Source: Hormiphora californensis (lineage: Eukaryota > Animalia > Ctenophora). From it: DNA of 64,000 nt. Shown here piece by piece: positions 13,668 through 27,181 of this stretch. The notes under the pieces are model-generated. The model saw only the letters and a program-made list of their open reading frames with translations. It did not search any database and was not told the DNA's origin. How positions within the stretch are numbered: the first letter of the stretch is position 1; the number at the start of each line of letters is the position of its first letter. The DNA lies in NCBI GenBank assembly GCA_020137815.1, contig CM035353.1:4960001-5024000 (forward strand), read 5' to 3'. The position numbers and the translations under genes are program-made.

Positions 13668-14086
13668 TTAACCTCTTTGATATATGTATGGGGTCTAAAA
13701 AGTCACTTTCGGGGTCTGTATCGCTTAGTGTTTACTGTTTCCTCCCTGCCTTGGATGTGTTAAGAGGAAGGGCCCGTATCGCTTAGTGTTTCCTCCTTGT
13801 CATGCTCTCTGACAGCAGCAGATCTTCTGGACCTGAATAACTCAACTGAAGGATTGTTTTTGGGAAATTATTATATCTGTGTTAGTATAGTAAGAATTGT
13901 GTATGGAGGTATATAGGGAGGAATGAAAAGTGTAGGGCGAGGTGTTCAGGCGTAGGGAGCTGGAGGTAGGGTGAATTATGTGGGGGTGCGTGGTCAGTCA
14001 GGTGCCCTCTGCCCAGAGCTATATTGCATTGGACTTGGTAAACTGTCAGTTTTGACTTGTTAACACGGGGTATTTCCAGTGATCAT

Positions 14087-14806
14087 TTAACATCTGTCAT
14101 ATATACTACCTTGATCAGTGAGAGTCTCAATTAGTATTTGACAGGAACAAGTGGATTCCCTCATGCAGCCAATATCTAGCCAAGACCCTGCGTCAGTAAT
14201 AGTAGCACACATTTCCTCCGGATTATTTGGTTCATTTGTCGCCCATTTACTGTATGATAGAGGGACACCACCAGTCCATACCCAACCCGTGTCCATATCC
14301 TCTTTTGTGGTATCATACAGACCCAACCAGCTCCTATAACCATTGTAGTACTTCATCTGCCAGAGAAACCGTGTGTTATCCTCCTCGCTGAGTATGGTAG
14401 GAAGTGCACCGTTCAGCCCTGCACAGAATGTTTTACATTGCGGTTGTGTGATCATTCCTTCCTCCTTAAACAGCGCTAGAATCTTTTTCAGTCCTTTGAA
14501 TATGGCTGGTTTCGATGATTCTCCACAATCCGGAGTCTCGGTATCCTGGATACAAGTTACAACCTGTTCTTTCCACCCTTCGTCTCCACAGTACAAGTAG
14601 AGAGTGTCTCCAGCGGTGACCTTGTCAAATTCCGTGGTTGGTTCGTAGGAAAGTGGTATGGATGAGGTCTTCAGGTTGCAAACTGAGGACAGGAATTATG
14701 GTTTGAGAAATAATTTAATTTGAGCTGAGAGATATTTGGTATGCTACAATTACCCACCGTTATTTGAAGACGCAAGTGCTAAAACAAACAATAAAATTTC
14801 AAACAT
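14087..14806 (-). CDS. Secreted C-type lectin (about 214 aa, exons 14806-14758 and 14682-14087)
   Basis: Signal-like exon MFEILLFVLALASSNN, 75-nt phase-1 GT-AG intron, a short Cys-containing module, then a CTLD with SWLGL, WVW, WATNEPNN..EMCA and WLDIGC (EPN motif). Confidence 0.85.
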
Positions 14807-15124
14807 TCTTGCTAGAGAAAACTGAGAGAGTGAGAGAGAGGGAGAGAGAGAGAGAGTGAGAGAGAGATCCAGGATCCTAACCAACTGGTACAGATATTAT
14901 AAGAAAAGAAAATATTCAACCGAAACACACCGGCTAGTCGACTGCTATAATGCGAATTACAGAAGGATGATAAACAGAGGGAGAGAGGAAAAAAACTAAT
15001 ATAACTGAGAAGCATCGACAAACAGCAATAAAGGGATTATCGTGACCAGTTACAAACTTGCTTGTCCGATTGAGCCATTATATAGAGAGCAAAAATCCCT
15101 TTATTGCAATGAAGGGATTATTGC

Positions 15125-15501
15125 TCTCTATATAATGGCTTTATCGAACAAGCTGCCACAACTGACTGGTCACGATAATTCCTCTTTCATGACTTATAGC
15201 TATTGATAGCCGTCCCTCTCTACATAATGGCTTTATCGAACAAGCTGCCACAACTGACTGGTCACGATAATTCCTCTTTCATGACTTATAGCTATTGATA
15301 GCCGTCCCTCTCTACATAATGGCTTTATCGAACAAGCTGCCACAACTGACTGGTCACGATAATTCCTCTTTCATGACTTATAGCTATTGATAGCCGTCCC
15401 TCTCTACATAATGGCTTTATCGAACAAGCTGCCACAACTGACTGGTCACGATAATTCCTCTTTCATGACTTATAATAGCTATTGATAGCCGTCCCTCTCT
15501 T
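15125..15501. repeat. 92-bp minisatellite, about 4 copies
   Basis: taatggctttatcgaacaagctgcc recurs at 15133, 15225, 15317 and 15409. Confidence 0.95.
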
Positions 15502-16073
15502 ATACCGCCTCCATTAGTGTCGTGTACCTAATACTAATACAGCTATTCTGTCCGGTTAATCACGGAATGTGGGGGCAACACTTGACAGTTTAAAAAAAGG
15601 CCAATTAGCAATGCTCCTTCATGAGTTCATGTAACCATGCAATTGGCGTCAAATGGGCAAAAAAGGAGGAATTTGTACTTCAGCTTTGTCATCAACACAT
15701 GTTAGCCGGGTTGTACACAGATCAAACACAGTAACTTTGGTTGGCGGAGAAGTGCCAAGTTGAAACACAAAAACACATTCACAAATCAGAATATCAAACA
15801 ATCTAAACCGCGCGTGCACACTGTTCGTGTGCGCGCAGCGCCGCATCCTAATGTCGCGGTAGGCGCTGACACTAGGGGAGTTTTCCTTTTCCCAGAACTC
15901 TTGCGCTACACCAAGGGTGCCGAAAGATGCAGACCTTGACATAAACACGCGAGCTCGGATAAGTGGGAAAGGAAAAGAAATATACTTATCCCCCGAATCT
16001 TATTCCCCGAATCATAAATACTTTCTAACTCACGATCACTGTCATCAGTCTTGTCTAATGACTACATAAATAA

Positions 16074-17411
16074 CAGGAAGCGACCGAATATTCGGTTCGG
16101 TTCGGTTCGGTTCGGAAATTCGGTGTTTTTTGGGCGGTTCGGTTCGGTTCGGTTCGGTAGGAAATTTTGGCCGAACCACCGAATTTTTTTGGTCAAAAAA
16201 TGCCCAGAAATCGGGCTTTTTCATGCAAAATTTTTCAATTATTTCACGAAAATTGTATGGATTTCAATGTCAATTTCGCCGTATTAACCCTATTTCGAAT
16301 CGGTGGTGCTATGTGGAAATGATTTCGCTAGTTAGCGGGTTTGATATGGATTGATTTGATACCTGACTTCCCGTCGAATCGTGTCCTCATGAGAGGGTCA
16401 ACAAATTCAGAAACTTTTTTTTTCAAAAAATTCATCAAGGTGTTAAGAATCATTCTCTGAAATTTTGTAAAAAAGTTTGGAAAATATTTCAAAGTCAATT
16501 TTATGGAAAATTTTCTATGTCAATTTTTGCGTACGAATCGTGTTTCGAATCGGTATTGCTAAGCGGGAGTGATGTTGCTAATTAGTGGGTCCGAGATGGA
16601 TTATGCTGTGACGTGATCCCCCATCAAATCTAATTAGGAAGTTTAGGGGAAACGATTCATGTTTCAATAAATCCTGCTAATTAGCGAGAGCACTGCCGCA
16701 TAGCATCACCGATTCGCAACACGATTCGTACGGCAAAATTGACATATAATTTTTTTTCCGAAATTGACTTTGAAATATTTTACAAAGTTTTTTCACAAAA
16801 TTAAATGTTTCTCTAAAAGTTCATGGAGAGCATCGATCAAGGTATTGAGAATCATTACCTGAAATTTTGTGAAATTTTTTTGTGAAAAATATTTTAAGTA
16901 AATTATGGTATACGAATCGTGTTTCTAATCGACAATGCTAAACGGGAGTGATGTTGGTAATTAGTGGGTCCGAGATGGATTGTGCTGATACGTGATCCCC
17001 CATCAAATCTAATTAGGAAATTTAGAGAGACACGATTCATGGTTCGTTTAATCCTGCTAAATAGCAATACCATTCCCGTATAGCATTGCCGATTCGAAAC
17101 ACGATCCGTACGCAAAAATTGACATAGAAAATTTACGATAAAATTGACTTTGAAAATTTTTTCACAAAATTGACTTTGAAATTTTTTCAAACATTTTTTA
17201 ACAAAATTTCAGAGAATGATTCTCAATACCTTGATCGGTGCTCTCCATGACTTTTTAGAGAAACATTTATACAGAAAAAGTTTTGTATGGTTCGGTTCGG
17301 TTCGGTTACCGAAATTCGGTTCGGTTCGGTTCGGTTCGGTTCGGTAAAAAAGTTTTTCAAATTTGGTTCGGTTCGGTTCGGTGGAAAAAAACCCGGTTCG
17401 GTCGTTTCCTG
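16074..17411. mobile_element. Non-autonomous hAT element with (GGTTC)n subterminal repeats
   Basis: TIRs caggaagcgaccgaa / ttcggtcgtttcctg and 8-bp TSD ataaataa at 16066-16073 and 17412-17419. Confidence 0.9.
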
Positions 17412-17438
17412 ATAAATAACAGTAGAAAATAATCATAA

Positions 17439-17742
17439 GGGTCACCACACACCAAAGTTAAAATTAAAATTAAAATTTTGATTTTAAACCCGCACACACC
17501 AGCGGCCGTAATTTCTCTCTCCCATTCTAAAAGTAACGATTTTGACGGCGTGTTAAAATTTTGTCATCCAACGCGACCGTCAAAATCGTGCGTGAGATTG
17601 TTTTGGGCACGTCGCGCCCCCATGTTCGCGACCAAGAGATTGTTACTTTTAGAATGGGGAGAGAAATTTTAACGGCCGCTGGTGTGTGCGGGTTTAAAAT
17701 CAAAATTTTAATTTTAATTTTAACTTTGGTGTGTGGTGACCC
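17439..17742. mobile_element. Tourist/Harbinger-like palindromic MITE with TAA TSD
   Basis: TAA|gggtcaccacacaccaaag...ctttggtgtgtggtgaccc|TAA. A second copy lies at 24048-24324. Confidence 0.9.
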
Positions 17743-17894
17743 TAACTGAAACAGAACTAGTAAGGAAAAACTATTGTCTCAGTCCGTCCTAGTCGGTAGT
17801 AGTCACTGCGGGCTGCCTCCTCTTTCTCCATCTTTTTCTCAATATTTTCATTTTGAGATTCATCTTCTTGAGAAATGAAAGCTTTCCTTGTTTT

Positions 17895-18290
17895 TCCTCT
17901 TTCTCACAGCACAAAACTGGAACGTTGAATTCACTTGAGGACTGCCTTACCAAATCAGGAACATACACGGTCGCTTGTAGTGGGAAAACGGTAATGGAAA
18001 ACGAAGATACAGTAAGACGACGCGCAACCGTGACCAATCAGGGCGCTAGTACGTGCTGACACATGAACTTTTTGCCGCACGTTATGCACCGTGCGCGTCT
18101 CCTTACTGTATTTTGCGTTACCGTATTTTTACTGCAAGCAGCACTGATATTCCACGTCTTCCTCTTTCTCACAGCACAAAACTGGAACGTTGAATTCACT
18201 TGAGGGCTCTCTCACCAAATCGGGAGCATATTCCACATCTTCCTCTTTCTCACAGCAGAAAACTGGAACATTGAATTCACTTGAGGGCTG
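17895..18290. repeat. ~80-bp degenerate tandem repeat interrupted by a small foldback (about 17975-18135)
   Basis: tcctctttctcacagcacaaaactggaacgttgaattcacttgagg occurs near 17895, 18160 and 18241. Confidence 0.7.
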
Positions 18291-18863
18291 TCTCATAAAA
18301 TGATGAACAAACTGTGTATGTTTGAGATGCTCATCTTTACTTGTTCTAACAGACACTGGTTGGTTTCTGTTTTCATACCTTTTTCTTCACGTCGTATCCC
18401 TACCGGGTTTACGCTCCTTTCAAAACACAAATCATCCCTCCATAAGTCTGGGACATAAACATTCCTCGGGGATCGTTTATCCGGAGCACCAATCATCCTC
18501 TCTCCAGAAAGGAACTCATCAAATTGTCTGTTGTTTATGTCATTGTGATTGTACGTCATTTGTTGGATGTGGGTGAGATTAAAACTGGACAAACTTCTCT
18601 AATAAACACCTCCCACACACTTTATGAATTTGGTCTGAATTACGGTAAGAAGACGCACAAGCGTGCCCAGTCAACCCGTTATGACGTGCTGAACAAATGT
18701 ACTTTTTGACATATAAGCACTCGTGTGTTACACAAAGTCTGTGTCTTCTTACCGTTTTTCAAATACGGTATCTCCTGTCACTAATAATACTGTGCCTGTA
18801 ATAGGAAAACGGTAATGAAAAATAGAATTATTGCCCTTGGCATAGCATGGATATGACTATTAA

Positions 18864-19440
18864 TGGGATCCCATCAACAGTAAAACTCTAACTGATAATG
18901 GACCATGACAGTGATGGACGGTAGGCGGTAAATGTTAACCAGATCTGTGAGAATTTCGCACGTTTTTGCCCATAACTCAGCCATTTCTTGACCAATCTGC
19001 AAGATCTTTAGCTCATCGGAAAGAGGACATTGAGATCTTTCGAATGAGCTCAAGAAAATGAAAATTGGCGCAAATTGCGCAGCGTGGTGGCGAAAACGCG
19101 CATTTTGCGCCATGACGCCGCGCATTTTGCGCCGATTTTAGTTTTATTGGGCTCATTTGAAAGAGCTCAATGTCCTCTTTCCAACGCGCCCAAGATTTTG
19201 CAAATTGGTCAAGAAATGACTGAGTTATGGACAAAAACGTGGTTTTGCACGTACGTTTTCTCTCAGATCTGGTTAACATTTACCGCCTACCGTGATGGAC
19301 GATGGTTCTTTCTCTGTATTCTCTCTGTAGGCAGTACATTGGGCATGCCCGGGCGCGGGCGCGCACACGGAGAGAATACAGAGAAAGAACCATCACTGTG
19401 GTCCATTATCAGTTAGAGTTTTACTGTTGATGGGATCCCA
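18864..19440. mobile_element. Palindromic MITE flanked by TTAA, host of a nested MULE MITE
   Basis: tgggatcccatcaacagtaaaactctaactgataatggacca at the left end and its reverse complement at the right, TTAA on both sides. Confidence 0.75.
18920..19291. mobile_element. Mutator-type MITE (372 bp) with 9-bp TSD
   Basis: TIR ggtaggcggtaaatgttaaccagatctg and TSD gtgatggac at 18911-18919 and 19292-19300. Confidence 0.92.
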
Positions 19441-19827
19441 TTAATGGGATGCCATTCAGTTAGAGTTTCCCCTAACAGTTCGCACCGAAACCATTTTTAA
19501 ATTTTCAAAAGACGAAACAGTTAGAGAAGTGAATATAATATCGAACATTCAAAATACATACTACAAGAGTAAATATATATTCGCACGCCTCACTTCACCA
19601 CAAGGGATTGTGTGCACTCACTGCAATTTCAAGCATGCTGCGACAATTATACACCCTCTTTTTAATTCAAATATGGGTGAAACGGACATCATGGGATCCA
19701 ATGTTTTCAAAATACTATACCGTCCCCGAGAGGCGAGGAGCCAGTGTTGGTGACATAGACACCTGGTGCGACCGAGATTGAGCTCACCAAGAGCCGGTGT
19801 TGACTGTGCAGTATATCAATGGAAACG

Positions 19828-20842
19828 TTATCTTAGTCGCTGGAGCTTCATCAGCCCTGAAGACTCGGTAACGGATGACACTGATCTTTGTCCACCATTT
19901 CGCCAGTGACACACTCTCTCCCGGACAAATTCCTTAAAACTACGGATGAGAAAGTAGTAAAGAAAGGGGTTTGCCGCGTTGCTAAGATAGATCAGGAAGG
20001 AGCACACCCTGTAATAAACAACAAACCAAGGTTTGATTTTAGTGGTCATTGGCAAGAACCTTCGAAGCGCGGCAAAACTACCAAAAGGAGCGAAGGAGAT
20101 AGAGAAGATTATCGAAATTAGAATTGCAGTTCGAACTCCCTGTGTTTGGATGCCCTTACCCAACCTCGCTATCAGTACCATGAGGGCCACAGTGGTCCCA
20201 AACAACCCAACCATTGGAACGCAATCAAACAGTACAATACACACCAGCGCAGAGGTGGAAATGGGTCCATTGGGTTTGTAGAAGTTCATCCTAAACCGGT
20301 AGATAGACATTTCAAAGTGGAGAGTTGCCCAGTGCGAGTTTTGTAGAATTGGCAGGACGAGGAGTAGGGATGTCGTTATGAGACATGTTGTCCACACTGC
20401 TGCAAAGATGATATAACCTCTTCTCCTGGGCCACAGTCTAGCTTGGAACGGAAAGAGCAAAGGTAGCAGTTTCACAATGTGGAGAATTAGGATCGAGAGT
20501 GTGTTGGCGCTGGCAAATACGTACTGGATAAACATGATCACGAAGTTTTCAGTGTTTCCATAGATCTGGCGACCAGCCGCTAGAGCGGGTAGAGTCGCCA
20601 AGATCCCAATAGAGAATCCTATATCTGAGATTGCCATGTTTTCCAGTGATAGGACAGTCAGTTTATCGAGTTTAAGAGCCTGGTATCGGAGAGAGGCATA
20701 GAGAAGGACAATAGTTGCCGCTGATTGATGTTAGGGCGGAGAGAATGCTCCATGTCACCATGGCAACGTGTTCCCCTGGTGACGGGGGCGCATCCAGCCA
20801 CACCAAATCAGGATGGTCGTTATTCAGTGTGTAGTTAGACAT
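19828..20842 (-). pseudogene. Intronless rhodopsin-like (class A) GPCR with one frameshift in TM1 (pseudogene or sequencing error)
   Basis: MSNYT...SISGN (TM1 GN), frameshift near 20714, then IVLLYASLRYQALKLDK...NMAISDIG (TM2 D), further hydrophobic helices and NAANPFLYY (NPxxY). Confidence 0.85.
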
Positions 20843-21063
20843 CTGGGGAATTGTTGAGGGAGAATTAGAGCAAGATCGTAGCACGGAGCAGGTTATAGAT
20901 AACTGATAAACTACAGTAGACATTGGTGACATAGACACGTGGCGCCAGGTGTCTATGTCACCAACAGTAGACACATGTGCGCACACATTACCGTATCTCC
21001 ACTACAAGCACCAGTGTTAGATTTGACATGTGCGAGGATGGTGGGTATAGGAAATGCTACAGT

Positions 21064-21117
<54 letters not shown>

Positions 21118-21297
21118 AGAGAGAGAGAGATCAGAGATAACATGATGTCACACATTACTGAGTTAGGCCGAGAATTGAATTTGCAGACAAAAACCTGCAA
21201 ACACACGCGATCACGTTGCAGAAGAATGTTACTACTGATCCTGATACGGCCAGAGATAGCGAGCATGCTTAACGAGGTTGGTAATTCGACTTACATA

Positions 21298-21804
21298 CTA
21301 GATCCAAAAACCAAACAAGTTTGGTGGATAGCCGGGGCCGCAGAAATTAAAAAACGTGCGAAAGTTTTGATACATGAACTTTCGGGGCCTGGGGTGCTGT
21401 TAAATTCGCGTTTCCATGATTATAACCAATTTAACATTTTCAAACTATACGCCAGGAAAACTAGTGCAATGATCAAACCATTAATTTATTCCACATTATC
21501 ACATGTCACATCCACACATGTCACATATATTTATTGTGCACAGTGGGTCGTTTCAGAGTCTGTTTTACAGAATAATATTATTATGATAATATTAGACAAT
21601 TTTGACCAGTCATCTAAATTTTCACAGTACACTGTTTCCGGTGGTTAAAGTGTACTGTGAAATTTTAGACCACTGCAAAAACACTAGTAATTATAAAGTA
21701 AAATACCGCTGCAGTGGTATGTGAAAATTTAAACACTTTCTAGTCACACGCACACAGTGTGAACATTACAAACATTACAAACTGAGTGAACGGGATAAAG
21801 ATTA

Positions 21805-21877
<73 letters not shown>

Positions 21878-22046
21878 GTGTGTGTGTGTGAGAGAGAGAG
21901 ATAGGAAAAGAGAGAATCAAAGGCAGAGAGGGAAAGCAGATGCAGGACGCTCATTGGTGTGGTGCCATCACGTAACGATCACGTGACCTATAGTTGCAAA
22001 GGGGAAGAAAAGATAAGGGTTAGGGCGTGTGCACTGTGCAGTAGTG

Positions 22047-22130
<84 letters not shown>

Positions 22131-22631
22131 TTCTCTTTCTCTCTCTCTCTCACTCAATCTTTATCTCTTTCACTCAGTTTGTTTCCAAAATCATCTAATA
22201 AAATTAGAATGACTGCTTTTACATGCTCTATTACACAACAATAATGTTAAAGATTCTTTCACTTTTAGGCCTCGCAGGCTCGGCCCAAAAGTACAACTAC
22301 AGAGCTCGCAGGCTCGCTCAGTAGTTACACTTAGCGTGCCTCGCAGGCTCGGTAGCTAAGTAAAAGGATCTACCTCGACCTCTCGGTCTCGGTTCATTAT
22401 TGTTGTATTTAGAGCACTCGGCCTTCGGCCTCGTACACTAAAAAGTAATAGACCATTTTAACCAGTCATCTAATCATATAATAGTGTGTTTCGAAAGAAC
22501 GGCTGACTATCATGGAAACGCGAATTTAACAGCACCCCAGGCCCCGAAAGTTCATGTATCAAAACTTTCGCACGTTTTTTAATTTCTGCGGCCCCGGCTA
22601 TCCACCAAACTTGTTTGGTTTTTGGATCTAG
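21298..22631. mobile_element. Non-autonomous element with ~125-bp TIRs and TA flanks (Tc1/mariner-like), containing (GA)n and (CT)n microsatellites
   Basis: TA|ctagatccaaaaaccaaacaag...cgcgtttccatgat is inverted at 22509-22631|TA. Confidence 0.8.
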
Positions 22632-22754
22632 TATCAGGCATTTTGTTATACTAGTATGACATGCTGCATGCATTTTGTAATACTAGCTTAATTTAATAAA
22701 CGCGGATTGAGGATTCGCAGACTTTTTAAATCGTAGGTACTAGGTAGCCTCATA

Positions 22755-22955
22755 ATAATCGCAGATATCCAATCTCGGATATCAATCGCGAATAACTAAT
22801 ATCATAGTAATCGCAGACAACCAATTGCGGATAACTTATCAGTTATCAATCCGTTATAAGTTATCGCGATTAGTTATCGCGATTAGCTATCACGATTAGC
22901 TATCACGATTAGCTATCGCGATTAGCTATCTGCGATTAGCTATCCGCGATTGGTT
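22755..22955. repeat. 13-bp minisatellite (tcgcgattagcta)
   Basis: Tandem copies at about 22860-22950, with related sequence at 23715-23810. Confidence 0.75.
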
Positions 22956-24047
22956 ACTATTATATTACTTACTAGAGAGCCCAGGCAAAAGACCCAAAAC
23001 TACTCTCGCCCCCTACTGACTCCCCCCACCCCTATCGAATCATCTCAATATCTACTGACTGCTCTCGCCCCACATTATTGAATACTCATTCCTCAACACC
23101 CTCCTTCCCCCCGCCCCCGCTATGTTGACCAACTAACCCCATAACCCCCTTACAGCCAGTTGGAGTCCTATAACAACCCCCCCCCCCCGTCTCCATGTCT
23201 CTCTCTCCCCCTCTCCATCTCCCTCTCTTTCCCTGTCCCCTCTCCAATGCATAGTCTCCATCTATCCCCTATCCCCCTCTCTCTCTATCCCTCTCACCCC
23301 ATCATTCGATTCCCTTCGTCGTCTCTTCATATCGGGCTGGTGAATATGGAAGCTGGTACAGGGAACTCTTTAGAGTACTGCAGCTGAAGAACATACCGAA
23401 TCAGGTGATAAAGATCCGTAGAACTGGAGCTGTGCAGAGTTATTAAAGCTGGGATACGAATTGGTAGAAAAGCTGTGGCATTCATCGGGGCCTCAGCAGT
23501 AGATGGCCAAACACCACAAAACACCACAGGAACACGCAATACAACACCCAACAACATGCACGTGCAGTATTACAATCTTGCCCACCATCATGGCAACTCC
23601 CCAAACCCCCCACCAACAGCCCCTAACAACACGTCAATTTTCCACGTGCAAGCCCTAAAAACCCCCCTCCCCCAAATTTTGTCTTGCACTGTTCTCTGCT
23701 TTATAATATAGATTTCGCGACAAGTTATCGTGGTTAGTTATCCGCAATTGGTTCTCCGCGATTAATCTATGATTTTGATTATTATAGTCACGGATAATGA
23801 TCACGGATAAGCATTAATAATCAGTATATCTGATAAAATCAGGTTCTAGATGCTAATTCGCTCTTTTCTCGGTGGTTTTTAAAATCGTCTTATATTTAAG
23901 ACAGTCATAACTCTAGATATGACTACCAATTACAACTGAAAATGCGGCAGTAAGGCTAGCTTTATAAATTAAATCTGATTCAATGTTAATTTAGACTCTG
24001 AATCGCTTCTTTGTAGGTGTTTTTAAAATCGTCTTAAATTTAAGACA

Positions 24048-24324
24048 GGGTCACCACACACCAAAGTTAAAATTAAAATTAAAATTTTGATTTTAAACCC
24101 GCACACACCAGCGGCCGTTAAAATTTCTCTCCCCCATTCTAAAAGTAACAATCTCGCGCGCGATTTTAACGGCGTGTTAAAATTTTATCATCCAACGCGA
24201 CCTTTAAAATCGTGCGTGAGATCGTTACTTTTAGAATGGGGAGAGAAATTTTAACGGCCGCTGGTGTGTGCGGGTTTAAAATCAAAATTTTAATTTTAAT
24301 TTTAACTTTGGTGTGTGGTGACCC
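24048..24324. mobile_element. Second copy of the Tourist-like gggtcaccacac MITE
   Basis: Same TIRs and palindromic body as 17439-17742. Confidence 0.85.
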
Positions 24325-24727
24325 TAAGTCATAAATATAGATATGACTACCAATTATATCTGAAAATACAGCAGTTAACCCACGTTGGAAAAACATGTAT
24401 GATAAAATCATGATTTATAGTTTAATTTGCTCTTTTCTAAGTTTTTTTGAAAATCGTCTTAAATCTTAATACAGTCAGATGCCCATAACTGACGAACCGC
24501 AACTCGGATTTGCTTGAAATTTTGAACGTGTGTTCAAGATGTCAAGGCAACACCGCGTACCAAGCGGCGTATTTGTAAAACGACGGGAAGGCCGTCTTAA
24601 ACGCCAAAGAAAACTTAAGACAGTCATAACTTTTGTTATGACTGTCCGTTTTCTCTGTCCAAGCTTTAATACAAGGTACACCACTAGACCTACCGACTCC
24701 CAAAGTTTCATGGTGATAGCTTTACAC

Positions 24728-24962
24728 GGGGGATTACGGGGGCTCGAATAGATCGCCCGTATAGATCGCCCGTACCAGTCGCCCGTACATTTGCTTTGCG
24801 CATTACGTTTCATCGCACTTTCACCACAAGTAAGGTACATGCGCGTTACGCACATGTGTTTTGTTGTGGTGAAAGTGTGGTGAAACGTAATGCGCAAAGC
24901 AAATGTACGGGCGACTGGTACGGGCGACTGGTACGGGCGTCTCATCCGGGCCCCCGTAATCC
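24728..24962. repeat. Internal palindrome of a repeat element
   Basis: ggattacgggggc...cgcccgtacatttgctttgcgcattacgtttc is inverted as gaaacgtaatgcgcaaagcaaatgtacgggcg...gcccccgtaatcc. Confidence 0.75.
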
Positions 24963-26377
24963 GCTGCCTAAAAACTGTGGCCTCTATTATGTACGCAAAA
25001 AGGTCGTACAATCAAGGTCGTTCGGGACCCTAAAAACGGACATTTTGTCTAAAATACGACCCTCTGTAACGTAAAAACCGTAACTCCGATTTGCATGAAA
25101 TTTTAAACGTGTGCTCTAGGTGTCAAGGCAACACGAACTACCAAGCGGCATGTTCGTAGTACAACGGGAAGGTTGTCTAAAACAAAGTTGAATTTGCCGA
25201 TTTCAGACAATAAGTATAGTAGCGCTGCCAAAATTTTCAAAAATTTTCAAAAATTTTTTTTTCGAAATTTCGATTTTCTGTTTACTGGGAGGAAAGATGC
25301 TTGTTAGAAGGACAATTTGGGGGAAATGATGGTTGGGGGAAGGGAGGATTGGGCCCCGGGCGCTTGCCAGCGCTATGATCAGATACAGCATGACTGTATA
25401 GTTATACTATACAGTCATGCTGTGTGTGTGTGTGTGTGTGGCTCTAGGTTATAGCGTACCAAACTCTGCCGCACGACAGAACGGTGTTGCAACCTGTCAT
25501 AAAGTCTGTGGTCTGTATGAAAGATAGTAGCTAAAATATCACGCTCAAAATTACACCAAAATCAAACAAAATTTCTCTGATATTCTAACTGTTTGTGGTC
25601 TGTATTCGGGCACTCTCACGCAACCTTTATGTCCTGTCAGCTTCTGAGTCTGGAACAAGTCATGCTGTATCAGTGTATCTGATATGTACGTATATGTACG
25701 TATAAAGGAAAGGTACTACACACTATGTGGTCATGTCCGATAGGCTCGCGAGATCTCCCAATTTTGACACAAAACGCGCAGCAGAGGCCCAGATTTGACC
25801 CAGATCCGTTCTCATTGCGCGTTTTTACGTGTAAAAGCAGCGCTGACAAGAGATTTTTTAGCACTAACGTCGCATTAAATGTATGACCGCATAGGACCGG
25901 TTTTAAACTACGGGTTGTAAAGTGACCTCTAGCCCTATAGCTTTCTTTTGACACCAAACTTTAGTCTGCGCTTTGAACAGACGCCTGTTTTTGGGCTGTA
26001 GGGCGAACTTTGATACAATCCTGTCAAAAATCTATCGCATTTTTTACTGAATTGTGGGTATCAAAATGATCTTTAGACGATTCCCTACAATTGTCATACA
26101 TCTTTCAGAACGTAAGAAAGCACACGCAGGCGTGCACGCTCCCCTAAAGTGGCTTACAAAATCGCGCAAAACACAGAAAAACGGGTGATTCCTATCGGAC
26201 AAATGCGCGTTTTGACCACATAGTGCTACATGTACAAAGACACGCTGTTTGTAACAGTTGACAGATTCAAATGGACCACGTGTGTACAATAATATGTGCT
26301 CTATATAGATCATAGTATGTAGTAGAAATATTATATGCACTATCACTTGCAGATCATGTGCTCTAATACTATTATAA

Positions 26378-26603
26378 CAGTCGGACCCCGATTTAGTGGC
26401 CCTCGATTTAGTGGCACCCTGATTTAGTGGCAGGATAATCTTTCCCCGATATAAGAAATTAACGGTATCTGCCCCTGATTTAGTGGACACCCCATTTTGG
26501 TGAACAAAACCCTAATTTCCCCCGAGGATGCCACTAAATCCTATATGGCTCAGAAGTCAGATGGGGTCAGCGGCGCCAGACAGACTAAATCGGGGTCCGA
26601 CTG
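26378..26603. mobile_element. Tc1/pogo-like MITE
   Basis: TIRs cagtcggaccccgatttagt / actaaatcggggtccgactg followed by TA, with internal gatttagtgg repeats. Confidence 0.8.
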
Positions 26604-26730
26604 TACTACTTTGTAGCAATAAAAAACACAAAGATTGAGTCGGTGTAGAATCTCCCCTGGTGGCAGGGGTCTCATGTGGTTGGATGTAAAGCCGGCTAGA
26701 GAGAGACAGGGAGAGAGAGAGAGTGAGAGA

Positions 26731-26774
<44 letters not shown>

Positions 26775-27181
26775 GAGGGGAGAGAGAGAGATAGATAGAG
26801 AGAGAGATAGCTGCTCTACTCTCTACACTTCTACGCGCGTAGCGTAATCTCTCTTCTCTACTCTCTCGCTCTCTATGCACATTCTCTCTCTCTGTGCTCT
26901 GGCTCTCGCTATCTTTGCGTCGGTGGAGAGAGCTGTCTGGCGCCGCGACCCATCTGAGCGCACTGTGTTGAGAATCAAATTGGGGTCTGGCGCCGCCAGA
27001 CAGGGAGAGAGAGAGAAAGAGAGAGGGGGAGAGGAGGAAAAAGTAGATTGCCTTAAATTTAATCGGTACGATCGTCTTGGTAACCTCATACACACGTCTT
27101 GGTAATCCCATACACACGCCTATAGGTAACCCCATACACACGTCTTGGTAACCCCATACACACGTCTTGGTAACCCCATAC

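Noticed and set aside
15125-15501. 92-bp repeat as a CRISPR or ribozyme array
   Set aside because: No variable spacers and no hammerhead core on either strand. It is a plain minisatellite.
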